From Vicinamibacterales bacterium (GTDB lineage: Bacteria; Acidobacteriota; Vicinamibacteria; Vicinamibacterales; SCN-69-37), in contig DASZVJ010000133.1 of the NCBI GenBank assembly GCA_035547155.1, forward strand, positions 135-64,134: a stretch of DNA of 64,000 nucleotides, written 5' to 3'. Below, one piece after another: positions 54,615-63,142 of this stretch (positions are counted from its first letter, which is position 1; every line of letters begins with the position of its first letter). The position numbers and the translations under genes are program-made. The notes beneath the pieces were generated by a model. It ran no database searches and was not told the origin of the DNA. It was given only the letters and a program-made list of their open reading frames with translations.

Positions 54615-55070
54615 TTAGAACTTGAACAAATCGTCGAACGCCTTGCGCGCGCCAGACGATGACGAAGATGAGCTGGTGGCGGGGGAGGAGCCGGTCTCGC
54701 GTTCGATCTGGACGCGAGCCGAGAACAACGGACACGAATTGCGCGCGTCCTTCGGGCTCACGCGCGCGGGGATCTTCTGGCGGCACTCGAAGACCGCGCC
54801 GGGATCGAACGACTCGCACTGCGCGCACGCGTGCAGCGCCGCGCCGCAGGATCGGCACTCGCTGTCGGGCCCGATCGCCGCAGACCCCAGCGCGCCGCAG
54901 CGGGCACAACGGACGACTTCGCGGAATCCCGGCATGTTGGGCGTCCGCGGATCGCGAGGGATGCGCGGGTCGTACGGCTCGGTCGGGCGCCGAGGCCCGG
55001 CCGGCGGACGCGCTCCGCGATCACGCGAGTCGTCCTGATAGCCGCGCTGCCGGTACTTGCGCTCAGACAT
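54615..55070 (-). CDS. Cys-rich zinc-ribbon-like hypothetical protein with basic Pro/Arg-rich N-terminus and poly-Ser tract
   Basis: 151 aa. CARCGA…CRSCGAALHACAQCESF…C…C gives eight Cys in CxxC-like pairs. C-terminal SSSSSSS…DDLFKF. Confidence 0.55.
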   Translation of the reverse strand: MSERKYRQRGYQDDSRDRGARPPAGPRRPTEPYDPRIPRDPRTPNMPGFREVVRCARCGALGSAAIGPDSECRSCGAALHACAQCESFDPGAVFECRQKIPARVSPKDARNSCPLFSARVQIERETGSSPATSSSSSSSGARKAFDDLFKF

Positions 55071-55076
55071 GGATGC

Positions 55077-55820
55077 CTACGCAGGCGCCGCGGTCGTCGT
55101 CGCATCGGCGGCCGGCGCCGGTTTGGCGAACAGAATGCGCTGACAACTATCGCAGGCGACGAGCTCCGTGCCGCGCCGCACCTGCTGGGTGATCGCGGGC
55201 CGCAGACGCACGTGGCACGCCGCGCAGAGGTCGCCCTGCATCTCGGCGACGGCCAGCATCTTGCGCTGCTTCAGCAGCTGCTCGTAGCGCGCGAGGACGG
55301 CCTTGTCGACGCCGACTGACGTCTGCCGCTTCTCGTCGGTCAGACGCGCGATTTCCGCGTCGAGATCACCCCGTTCCGCGCCAAGCGCCCGGCGCGCCTC
55401 GTCGCTTTCGGCTCGCACCTGCGCCGCGGCCTGTTCTGCGTCTTTCACAGCCGCCTGCAAGCCGTCACCGGCTTCCATCACGCCCAGGATCTGCTCCTCG
55501 AGCGCGTCTTTCTCCGACTTGGCCGTCGCGATCTCGTGGAGCAGCGCCGTGTATTCCTGATTGGTCTTCACGGCCGCCCGATGGTCGTCGAATCGCGCCA
55601 GACGCGTGTCGACGGCGGCGACCTGCTTCTCGAGGTCGCGCCGCTCGTGCTGATTGGCGGTCAGGGCCGCCTTGGCGGCCTCCACGGCCAAGGTCGCGGC
55701 GGCCACACGGCGATCGAGCGTCTGCTCGGCCGCCGGCAATTCCGCCAGCCGCCGCCGCGCCGTTTCGGCGGCGGTGTCGAGCGATTGCAGCGCGATCAGG
55801 GTCTCGAGAACGGGAAGCAC
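55077..55820 (-). CDS. COG1579/DUF164-type coiled-coil protein with C-terminal C4 zinc ribbon
   Basis: Start assigned to the GTG at 55820 (M/VLPVLETLIALQSLDTAAE…). The track ORF extension to 56048 runs over the tRNA gene. Long coiled coil, then CAACHVRL…CDSCQRIL. Confidence 0.7.
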   Translation of the reverse strand: MLPVLETLIALQSLDTAAETARRRLAELPAAEQTLDRRVAAATLAVEAAKAALTANQHERRDLEKQVAAVDTRLARFDDHRAAVKTNQEYTALLHEIATAKSEKDALEEQILGVMEAGDGLQAAVKDAEQAAAQVRAESDEARRALGAERGDLDAEIARLTDEKRQTSVGVDKAVLARYEQLLKQRKMLAVAEMQGDLCAACHVRLRPAITQQVRRGTELVACDSCQRILFAKPAPAADATTTAAPA

Positions 55821-56014
55821 GTGAACGTGATTGAGGTAGACGTTACCACGACGACCAACCTTCGCGAACGCTTGCTGTGACGCGGCCTGCACGGAGACGT
55901 CTCCGACGGTCCACCTTCGCGCTGACGCGCTACGGCGCGACGACCTTCGCGGACGCTCGCAGTGACGCGGCCTGCCAACCGTAGCCGCGAGCGAAGCGAG
56001 CGCTTGGCGAAGGT

Positions 56015-56090
56015 TGGTGGGCCCCCCAGGATTCGAACCTGGGACCAACCGGTTATGAGCCGGCAGCTCTCACCGCTGAGCTAGGGGCCC
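56015..56090 (-). tRNA. tRNA with CAT anticodon (elongator tRNA-Met, or tRNA-Ile2 if lysidinylated), CCA encoded
   Basis: The reverse complement reads GGGCCCC-TA-GCTC-AGCGGTGA-GAGC-T-GCCGG-CTCATAA-CCGGT-TGGTC-CCAGG-TTCGAAT-CCTGG-GGGGCCC-A-CCA. This is a perfect 76-nt cloverleaf. G1-C72 is paired and there is no GGG/CCC anticodon stem, so it is not an initiator. Confidence 0.9.
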
Positions 56091-56150
56091 GCCTTCGCGC
56101 TCGCTTGCCTTCCCGACTCGCGCTTCGGCGAGGCAAGCCCGCGCGAAGGC
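56091..56150 (-). other. 60-nt near-perfect hairpin abutting the tRNA 5' end (rpoD-tRNA spacer)
   Basis: GCCTTCGCGC (56091-56100) pairs with GCGCGAAGGC (56141-56150), and GCTTGCCT (56103-56110) pairs with AGGCAAGC (56131-56138). There is no U-tract. Confidence 0.5.
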
Positions 56151-56200
56151 GTCCCGCCGTAGCTGCGAGCGCAGTGAGCGCTCAGCGTAGGCGGACCGAC

Positions 56201-57883
56201 TCATCTTCCTTCGAGGAACGGCTTGAGCCGCCGGCTCCGCGAGGGGTGGCGCAGCTTGCGGAGCGCCTTGGCCTCGATTTGGCGGATCCGCTCACGGGTG
56301 ACCGCGAAGCTCTGGCCGACTTCCTCGAGCGTGTGCTCGGAGCCCTCGCCGACGCCGAAGCGCATCTTGATGACGCGCTCCTCGCGCGGCGTCAGCGTCT
56401 TCAGCACGTTGTCGGTCTGCTCCTTCAGGTTCAGATTGATCACAGCCTCCGACGGCGACACGACGTTCGTGTCCGGGATGAAGTCCCCGAGATGCGAATC
56501 TTCCTCTTCGCCGATCGGCGTCTCGAGCGAGATGGGCTCCTGCGCGATCTTCAGGACCTTGCGGACCTTCGACACCGGGATGTCCATCCGTTGCGCGATC
56601 TCCTCGGAGGTCGGCTCGCGGCCGAGCTCCTGCACGAGCGCGCGCGACGTGCGGATCAGCTTGTTGATCGTCTCGATCATGTGGACCGGGATGCGGATCG
56701 TCCGCGCCTGGTCCGCGATCGCACGCGTGATCGCCTGGCGGATCCACCACGTCGCGTACGTCGAGAACTTGTACCCGCGGCGGTACTCGAACTTGTCGAC
56801 CGCCTTCATCAGGCCGATGTTGCCTTCCTGAATGAGGTCGAGGAACTGCAGCCCGCGGTTCGTGTACTTCTTCGCGATCGAGACGACGAGGCGGAGGTTG
56901 GCTTCGACCAGCTCCTTCTTCGCCTGCTCGGCCTGCGCTTCGCCTTCGAGGATCGTCCGCAGCGTGCTCGTCAGCTCTTCGACCGGCTGCTCGAGCTTCT
57001 TCGCCATCTCGCGGATTTCCTTGCGGTACTCGTCCTTGTGCTTGACGAGCAGCTTCTTCTCCTCTTCGCGGAGCTTCTTCTTGCCCTTCGGCTCGAGCTT
57101 CTGATCGATCAGCCGGATCTCCCGCTGCCGCGCCTGGATGTCCTCGACCGACGTCTTCATGCCGTCGATCAGCCGGCGCTTGACCATCTCGGTGAACTCG
57201 ATCTTCCGGATCAGCCGCGACAGCTCGACGCGCGCGCGCAGGATCTTCCAGCGCGCCCGGCGGTACTTCTTCTTCTCCGCCTTCGGCACGTCGCCGAACT
57301 TGTCCTCGAGCTTCGTCACGACCTCGAGCTGCGCGCGGACCTTGTCGACCTGCTTCAGGAATTCGCGCTGCCGCGCCGCGATCTTCTCGTCGGTGATCTC
57401 TTCCTCGTTGAACACGACCAGCTCGCGCACGGTGCGCTCGCCGCGCTTGAGCTGCTCGCCCATCTCGATGACCTCGTGCGTCACCTTGGGCGTCCGCGAG
57501 ATCGACTTGATGACGGCGAGCTTGCCCTGCTCGATGCGCTTGGCGATGGCGACCTCGCCCTCGCGCGTGAGCAGCGGGACCGTGCCCATCTCGCGCAGGT
57601 ACATGCGGACGGGATCGTTCGTCTTGTCGAGCGCGCCCGGCGTCAGGTCGAGATCACCCTCTTCGCCGCCTTCGCCCTGCAGCTTGTCGCCGAGATACGC
57701 CTTGTCGGAATCCACGACCTCGACGCCGGCGCTGCCGAGCGTGCTGAACAGATCGTCCAGCTCTTCCGAGGACGTGATGTCGGCCGGCAGCATCTCGTTC
57801 ACTTCGTCGTACAGGAGATAGCCCTTCTCCTTGCCGATGGTGATGAGCTGCCGGATCTCGTCGTACTTTTCTTCGATGGACAA
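56201..57883 (-). CDS. rpoD: Primary RNA polymerase sigma factor RpoD (sigma-70)
   Basis: 560 aa, TTG start preceded by AAGGAGAG. Motifs [11 protein letters not shown], region 2 ([13 protein letters not shown]…[18 protein letters not shown]) and region 4.2 ([30 protein letters not shown]). Confidence 0.97.
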   Translation of the reverse strand: MSIEEKYDEIRQLITIGKEKGYLLYDEVNEMLPADITSSEELDDLFSTLGSAGVEVVDSDKAYLGDKLQGEGGEEGDLDLTPGALDKTNDPVRMYLREMGTVPLLTREGEVAIAKRIEQGKLAVIKSISRTPKVTHEVIEMGEQLKRGERTVRELVVFNEEEITDEKIAARQREFLKQVDKVRAQLEVVTKLEDKFGDVPKAEKKKYRRARWKILRARVELSRLIRKIEFTEMVKRRLIDGMKTSVEDIQARQREIRLIDQKLEPKGKKKLREEEKKLLVKHKDEYRKEIREMAKKLEQPVEELTSTLRTILEGEAQAEQAKKELVEANLRLVVSIAKKYTNRGLQFLDLIQEGNIGLMKAVDKFEYRRGYKFSTYATWWIRQAITRAIADQARTIRIPVHMIETINKLIRTSRALVQELGREPTSEEIAQRMDIPVSKVRKVLKIAQEPISLETPIGEEEDSHLGDFIPDTNVVSPSEAVINLNLKEQTDNVLKTLTPREERVIKMRFGVGEGSEHTLEEVGQSFAVTRERIRQIEAKALRKLRHPSRSRRLKPFLEGR

Positions 57884-57904
57884 GGTGTCTCTCCTTCGCG
57901 CCTG

Positions 57905-59668
57905 CTATGCCAGGGCTTCGAGCTGCCTCAGCAGTTCCTTCTTCCGTTCCCACAAGACCGCCAGCATCGCATCGTCTATGTGAGGCGACGTCTGCTGCAG
58001 ACGGTCGATTTCGTCCTGCACCTCGGTGCGCTCGCGCTCGACGCGCAGCCGCCTGAGGGCGTTCACACACTCCGCCGGACCGCCGGCCGGCGCGCCGGAA
58101 GCCGCCGCGCGCTCGAGCAATGCGCGCTCACTGTCGTTTAGACGCTCGCGCAGCAGTTCTGGCAACACCTCGGGCGGCATGTCGGTCAGGCTGGCCGCCA
58201 GCCGGAAGACCGGCGCGGCAATCAGCCCTTCCAGATCCGCCGCCTCGAGCTGGCCCACGGCTGCCAGGCCCTCGACCGGATGGCGCATCAGCGTCCACAG
58301 CAGCCCCTGCTCGGCAGGTCTGACCTGTGGGACCACGATCGCAATCGCCGGCGCCTGCGTCTTCTTTTGGACGGCCGCCTTTCGAATTTCGTCACGCACC
58401 ACCGATTCGGTGATGCGCGCCTTGTGCGCCAGCCGGTCCGCGAACTGGTCACGGACGGCCGCGTCAGGAATCGTGGCTGCGACGGCCAGCATCTGTTCCA
58501 AGAACGTTTTCCGGTTCTCCGGCCGATTCAAATCGATCCCGGACGAAGCACGATCGAGCAGGAAATCTAGATACGTCTGAGACCCCTTCAACCGTTCCAC
58601 GTACGCGGCTGCACCGGCGCGGCGGATAAAGGTATCAGGATCGCTGCCAACTGGCAGCAGGGCGACGTTCACCTGGAATCCCTCGGCGACCAGCAGCTCC
58701 GACGAGCGGGCCGCGGCGCCCTGGCCGGCCGCGTCCGGGTCGAGACTGAGGACCACTTTGGACGTAAAGCGTTTCAATACATGCGCTTGCGGGATTGTCA
58801 GGGCCGTGCCGCAAATCGCCGCCACGTTCTGCACGCCCGCCTGCCAGACCTGGGCGAGGTCGAAGTAGCCTTCGACCAGCACACAGTAATTGTGCGCCCG
58901 TACGGCGCCTTTCGTCACGTCCAGGCCGTACAACGTCCGGCCCTTCTTGTAGATAGGCGTCTCGGGCGAGTTCAGGTATTTCGCGACCTGCCCCTCCTCG
59001 AGCGCCCGGCCTCCGAACGCGACGATCGCGCCGGTGTCCCTGGAAATCGGAATCATCAGCCGGTTCCGGAAGCGATCGACGAACCGTCCGTCCTCCCGCT
59101 GGGCGATCAAGCCGCTTCGTACCTGCAATGCGCTTGGCACCCCACGGCGCTCGAAGCGCTCACGCAGCGTGTCGCGTCCGCCGGCGGGCGCGAAGCCGTA
59201 GCGGAAGGTGCGGATCGTCGTTTCGTTCAGCTCGCGCGACGCCAGCTCACGCCGCGCGCGCGCGCCCGCGGGCGTCGCCAGCTGCTCGATGAAGAACGCC
59301 GCGGCGTCTTCATGCAGTTTGATGAGCGCTTCCCGCTCGGCAGCCTCGGCGCGATCTTCCGGTCCGCGCTCGATCTCCGGCACCGGAATGCTCGCGCGCG
59401 TCGCGAGATATCGCACGGCCTCGGGAAACGTGAGCTTCTGATAGAGCTCGACGAACTTGACGACGTCGCCGCCGACGCCGCAGCCGAAGCACTTGAAGAA
59501 GCCCTTGTCCTGATTGACGTTGAAGGACGGCGTTTTCTCCTGATGGAACGGACACAGGCCCTTCCAGGTCGCGCCGGCCTTCTTGAGCGGCGTCACGTCG
59601 CCGATGACCGAGACGATATCCGTCTGGGCCTTCAGGTCGTCGACGAAGGATTGCGGAAAGAGCGCCAC
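57905..59668 (-). CDS. dnaG: DNA primase DnaG
   Basis: 587 aa. Zinc finger CPFHQEKTPSFNVNQDKGFFKCFGCGVGGD. TOPRIM region with EGYFD. Confidence 0.95.
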   Translation of the reverse strand: MALFPQSFVDDLKAQTDIVSVIGDVTPLKKAGATWKGLCPFHQEKTPSFNVNQDKGFFKCFGCGVGGDVVKFVELYQKLTFPEAVRYLATRASIPVPEIERGPEDRAEAAEREALIKLHEDAAAFFIEQLATPAGARARRELASRELNETTIRTFRYGFAPAGGRDTLRERFERRGVPSALQVRSGLIAQREDGRFVDRFRNRLMIPISRDTGAIVAFGGRALEEGQVAKYLNSPETPIYKKGRTLYGLDVTKGAVRAHNYCVLVEGYFDLAQVWQAGVQNVAAICGTALTIPQAHVLKRFTSKVVLSLDPDAAGQGAAARSSELLVAEGFQVNVALLPVGSDPDTFIRRAGAAAYVERLKGSQTYLDFLLDRASSGIDLNRPENRKTFLEQMLAVAATIPDAAVRDQFADRLAHKARITESVVRDEIRKAAVQKKTQAPAIAIVVPQVRPAEQGLLWTLMRHPVEGLAAVGQLEAADLEGLIAAPVFRLAASLTDMPPEVLPELLRERLNDSERALLERAAASGAPAGGPAECVNALRRLRVERERTEVQDEIDRLQQTSPHIDDAMLAVLWERKKELLRQLEALA

Positions 59669-59669
59669 G

Positions 59670-62135
59670 CTAGTCCTTCAGCTCCACGATGGTCGCGCCG
59701 GGGCCGCCTTCGCTGTCCGGCGCGAGCGAGACACTCGCGACGAGCGGATGTTGACGCAGGAACTTCGTCAACCCGTCGCGCAGGCGCCCCGTGCCGTGCC
59801 CGTGCACGAAGCGCAGCCGGCGCTCGTCCGCCAGCAGCGCATCGTCCAGAAACTTTTCGGCACGAGCGATCGCTTCGTCCACGGTGGCGCCGATCAGCAC
59901 GAGGTCGCGCGTCGGACCTTGCTCGCGCGCAGCCGCTCCCACTTGGACGCGGCCGCCTCCGGCGCGCGTGGTCTTCGCCGCATCGCCGTCGCGATCGCGA
60001 CGCGCCGCTGGCGCCAGCAGATCCGGCACCGTGGCGCGCATGCGTTTGCCGCGCACGTCGATCTCGACGTGCTTGCCCGATACCGATCGCACGACGCCTT
60101 CGGCATTCAAACTGGCGATGACGACTCGGTCGCCGATCGACGGCGGCTCGGTCAATCGCGCGCCCGCTCCGGCCTCGTCACCGCCGACCGCCGACTCGAC
60201 GGCGCCGACCGCCGCCCGCGCCTCCGCGCGCAGCGCGCCGACATCACCCGTCGTCAGCGCTGGACCGCGGCTCGACGCACGTTGCTCGGCCTTCTGCGCC
60301 AGCGCGTCGGCTTTCTGCTTCAGCGTCCCGACGATGCGGTCGATTTCGGTGCGGGCCTCGCGGAGCTTCTCGTTGACCTTGTCGTCGAGCCGCCGCTTCA
60401 GCACGGCCTCACGTTCGGCCAGCCGCGCTTCTTTCTCCAGTAACTGCCCGCGCTGGGCGTCGACGGCGTCCTTCGCCGCAGCAAGGGCGTCGCGCTCGCG
60501 TGCGACCACGGCGAGCTCGTCGTCCATGCGCGCAAGATGCGCGGCGAGCAGTGATTCGCGGCCCGTTCGCCGCGATCGCGCGTCGGCGATCACATCCGCC
60601 GGCAGGCCCAGCCGCTCCGCGATCTCGAGCGCGAGGCTGCGTCCCGGCGCGCCGTAGAGCAGACGGTACGTCGGCGCGTACGTGTCTGGATTAAATCCGA
60701 ACCCCGCCGTCATCACGCCGTCCGTTGTCGCCGCATACGACTTCAGCGCGTCGTCGTGCGTCGTCGCAATGACGACGGCGCCGCGGCGCTTGAAGTGATC
60801 GACGATCGCGGCCCCGAGCGCGCCGCCTTCGACCGGATCCGTGCCCCCGCCGATTTCGTCGAGCAGCACGAGCGCCGGGCAGTCGAGCGCGCGTTCCATG
60901 GCGACGATGTTGGCCATGTGCGCGGAGAACGTGCTGAGGCTCGTCGCGATCGACTGCTCGTCGCCAATGTCCGCGAACACCGTGCGGAACGGCGTGAACG
61001 CGCTGCCGTCCTCGACGGGAATCAGCAGCCCGGCCTGCGCCATCAGCGCGAGCAGGCCGAAGGCTTTCAGCGCGACGGTCTTGCCGCCCGTGTTCGGACC
61101 AGAGATCACGAGCGCGCGCGCCGGTGGCACGATCGTGAGATCCGACGCGATCGGATGCACGTCCTGGCGGAGCGGATCGACACCCATCGTCAGATCGCGC
61201 ATCGCGGGAATCAGCAGCGGATGACGCGCGCCGCGGAAGTCCACGCGGCCGTCGTTCGTCAGGGCCGGCGCAATGCCGTCGACGCGCTGCGCGAGGTCCG
61301 CGCGCGCGTGCAGCTCGTCGAGCTCGGCGACGACGTCGAGCGTGGCGTCGAGCTCGGCGGCCCGCATCCGGAACGCGTTCGTGAGCGCCGACAGAATGCG
61401 ATGGATTTCGGCCTTCTCCCGCTCTGCCAGCGCGACGACGTCGTTGTTCAGGCTGACGGTCGCGAGCGGCTCGAGATACAGGCTCGCGCCGCTGGCCGAG
61501 CTGCCATGGACGATGCCTGGGATCGCGTCGCGATGCTCGGCGCGCACGACGATGACGTAGCGGCCGTTGCGGTCGGTGATGATTTGGTCCTGCAGGTACT
61601 TCGCCGTATCGCGGCCGCGTGCGAGCGCGTCGAGCGATGTGCGCAGCTTGGCGCGCTGGCGCCGCAGGCTCTCGCGAATGTCGCGTAGCGCTGTGCTCGC
61701 GCGATCGCTGACGTCGCCCGATGGCTCGATCGCGCGCTCGATGGCCGCGACTTCGTCGCTGAACGACGCGGCGCGCTCGGCGATGGCCGTCAGGACCGGA
61801 CCGCCAGTGCGGCGCACGGACGAGATGACCGCGCTGACCGAATCGAGCAGCCGCGCGAGGCCGCGCAGCGCGAGCGGATCGAGCGGCCGATCGGCGACGC
61901 CGAGAATCGCAATCGTCGTGTCGAGATCGTCCGGCGCCGAGATGGCGAGAGAGCCGCCGTCGCGTGTGAACCGGGCCGCTTCGACGGTCAGGTCCAGCGC
62001 GTCCTGCACGGCGTCACGGTCGGATGCCGGCTCGACGGCCAAGGCGCGCTCCCGCCCCAGCGGCGTGAGCGTGCGCGACGCCAACGCCTCCCGAATGCGA
62101 TCGAATTCGAGCGCGCGGAGAACAGCAGCCTGCAT
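59670..62135 (-). CDS. mutS2: Endonuclease MutS2 (MutS domain V plus C-terminal Smr)
   Basis: 821 aa. Walker A ISGPNTGGKT, DEIGGGTDP, and the C-terminal Smr segment LRFVHGHGTGRLRDGL. Confidence 0.95.
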   Translation of the reverse strand: MQAAVLRALEFDRIREALASRTLTPLGRERALAVEPASDRDAVQDALDLTVEAARFTRDGGSLAISAPDDLDTTIAILGVADRPLDPLALRGLARLLDSVSAVISSVRRTGGPVLTAIAERAASFSDEVAAIERAIEPSGDVSDRASTALRDIRESLRRQRAKLRTSLDALARGRDTAKYLQDQIITDRNGRYVIVVRAEHRDAIPGIVHGSSASGASLYLEPLATVSLNNDVVALAEREKAEIHRILSALTNAFRMRAAELDATLDVVAELDELHARADLAQRVDGIAPALTNDGRVDFRGARHPLLIPAMRDLTMGVDPLRQDVHPIASDLTIVPPARALVISGPNTGGKTVALKAFGLLALMAQAGLLIPVEDGSAFTPFRTVFADIGDEQSIATSLSTFSAHMANIVAMERALDCPALVLLDEIGGGTDPVEGGALGAAIVDHFKRRGAVVIATTHDDALKSYAATTDGVMTAGFGFNPDTYAPTYRLLYGAPGRSLALEIAERLGLPADVIADARSRRTGRESLLAAHLARMDDELAVVARERDALAAAKDAVDAQRGQLLEKEARLAEREAVLKRRLDDKVNEKLREARTEIDRIVGTLKQKADALAQKAEQRASSRGPALTTGDVGALRAEARAAVGAVESAVGGDEAGAGARLTEPPSIGDRVVIASLNAEGVVRSVSGKHVEIDVRGKRMRATVPDLLAPAARRDRDGDAAKTTRAGGGRVQVGAAAREQGPTRDLVLIGATVDEAIARAEKFLDDALLADERRLRFVHGHGTGRLRDGLTKFLRQHPLVASVSLAPDSEGGPGATIVELKD

Positions 62136-62187
62136 GGAGAGTCCCGCCGGGCAGCGGGCAAACTCTTATTATGACACGGGCAGGGGA

Positions 62188-62282
62188 GGCTTACGGCTTG
62201 GGGCTTACGGCTTACGAGACCGCACGGCAGCCGTAAGTCGTAAGCCGTGAAGCAACCTTGTCGTCAGACCCGATTGCTTCAC
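62188..62282 (-). terminator. Compound hairpin region downstream of larB: GCTTACG heptamer repeats with inverted copies, plus a 9-bp stem overlapping the larB stop
   Basis: gcttacg at 62189, 62203 and 62210. Inverted cgtaag(t/c) at 62232 and 62239. GTGAAGCAA (62248-62256) pairs with TTGCTTCAC (62274-62282). No clear U-tract, so a terminator role is tentative. Confidence 0.35.
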
Positions 62283-63058
62283 AAATGGTTGATGGCGCTG
62301 GCGATAGCCGCTGCGCCGAAGCCATTGTCGATGTTGACGACGGAGACGCCGGTCGCGCAGGAGTTGAGCATGGCCAGGAGGGCGGCCAGGCCACCGAAGT
62401 TGGCGCCGTAGCCGACGCTCGTCGGCACGGCGATGACCGGCACGCGCACCAGGCCGCCGATGACGCTGGCCAGCGCGCCTTCCATGCCGGCGACTGTGAC
62501 GATCACGCGCGCGGAGACGAGTCGGTCACGCTCGGCCAGCAGCCGGTGCAGGCCGGCGACGCCGACGTCGTAGACGCGCTCGACGTCGTTGCTCATGACC
62601 TCCGCCGAGATCGCGGCTTCCTCGGCGACGGGCAGATCCGACGTGCCTGCCGCGGCGATCACAATCGTGCCGTGTCCCTTCGGCAGCTCCGTGCGCCGCT
62701 CGATGATCCGCGCGCGCTCGTGGAATTGCGCGTCCGGCACCCGCGCGACGACGGCGTCGAAGGCGGCGGCATCCGTTCGCGTCACGAGCAGGCTATGTCC
62801 GCGCCCGGCGATGGCTTCCGCGATGCGCGCGATCTGCTCCGGCGTCTTGCCCTGACCGAAGATCACCTCGGGAAAGCCCTGCCGCTCGGCGCGATCGTGA
62901 TCGACGCGCGCGAACTCCAGGTTCTCCATCGTTTCGCGGGCGAAAGCGGCGCGAATGTGCGGCTCGGCCTCGGCCGGCGCGAGCGCGCCCGTCCGCACGG
63001 CTTCGAGCACCGCGGCGAGCGACGAGGGCGTGGACGAGGACGACGGGTGATTCGACAC
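62279..63058 (-). CDS. larB: Nickel-pincer cofactor biosynthesis protein LarB (PurE-like NaAD carboxylase/hydrolase)
   Basis: 259 aa. [24 protein letters not shown]…[15 protein letters not shown]…VGVAGLHRL…[16 protein letters not shown]…[11 protein letters not shown] matches the LarB/AIR-carboxylase-like pattern. Confidence 0.85.
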   Translation of the reverse strand: MSNHPSSSSTPSSLAAVLEAVRTGALAPAEAEPHIRAAFARETMENLEFARVDHDRAERQGFPEVIFGQGKTPEQIARIAEAIAGRGHSLLVTRTDAAAFDAVVARVPDAQFHERARIIERRTELPKGHGTIVIAAAGTSDLPVAEEAAISAEVMSNDVERVYDVGVAGLHRLLAERDRLVSARVIVTVAGMEGALASVIGGLVRVPVIAVPTSVGYGANFGGLAALLAMLNSCATGVSVVNIDNGFGAAAIASAINHL

Positions 63059-63142
63059 GAGAGGTGGTTTGACTCGGACCGAAGGCGCTTCCTAGAATGA
63101 CGGTCAGACCCGCCGCCCCCAGGGCGCCTCTGCACGAAGATT

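Noticed and set aside
55821-56048. 5' part of ORF 55077-56048
   Set aside because: It would read through the tRNA gene. The coiled-coil protein has a sensible GTG start at 55820 (MLPVLETLIALQSLD…).
56015-56090. Initiator tRNA-fMet
   Set aside because: Position 1-72 is a paired G-C, and the anticodon stem lacks the three consecutive G-C pairs characteristic of bacterial initiators.
56105-58141. 678-aa plus-strand ORF
   Set aside because: It is antisense to rpoD, and its translation is Leu/Arg/Asp-rich repeats.
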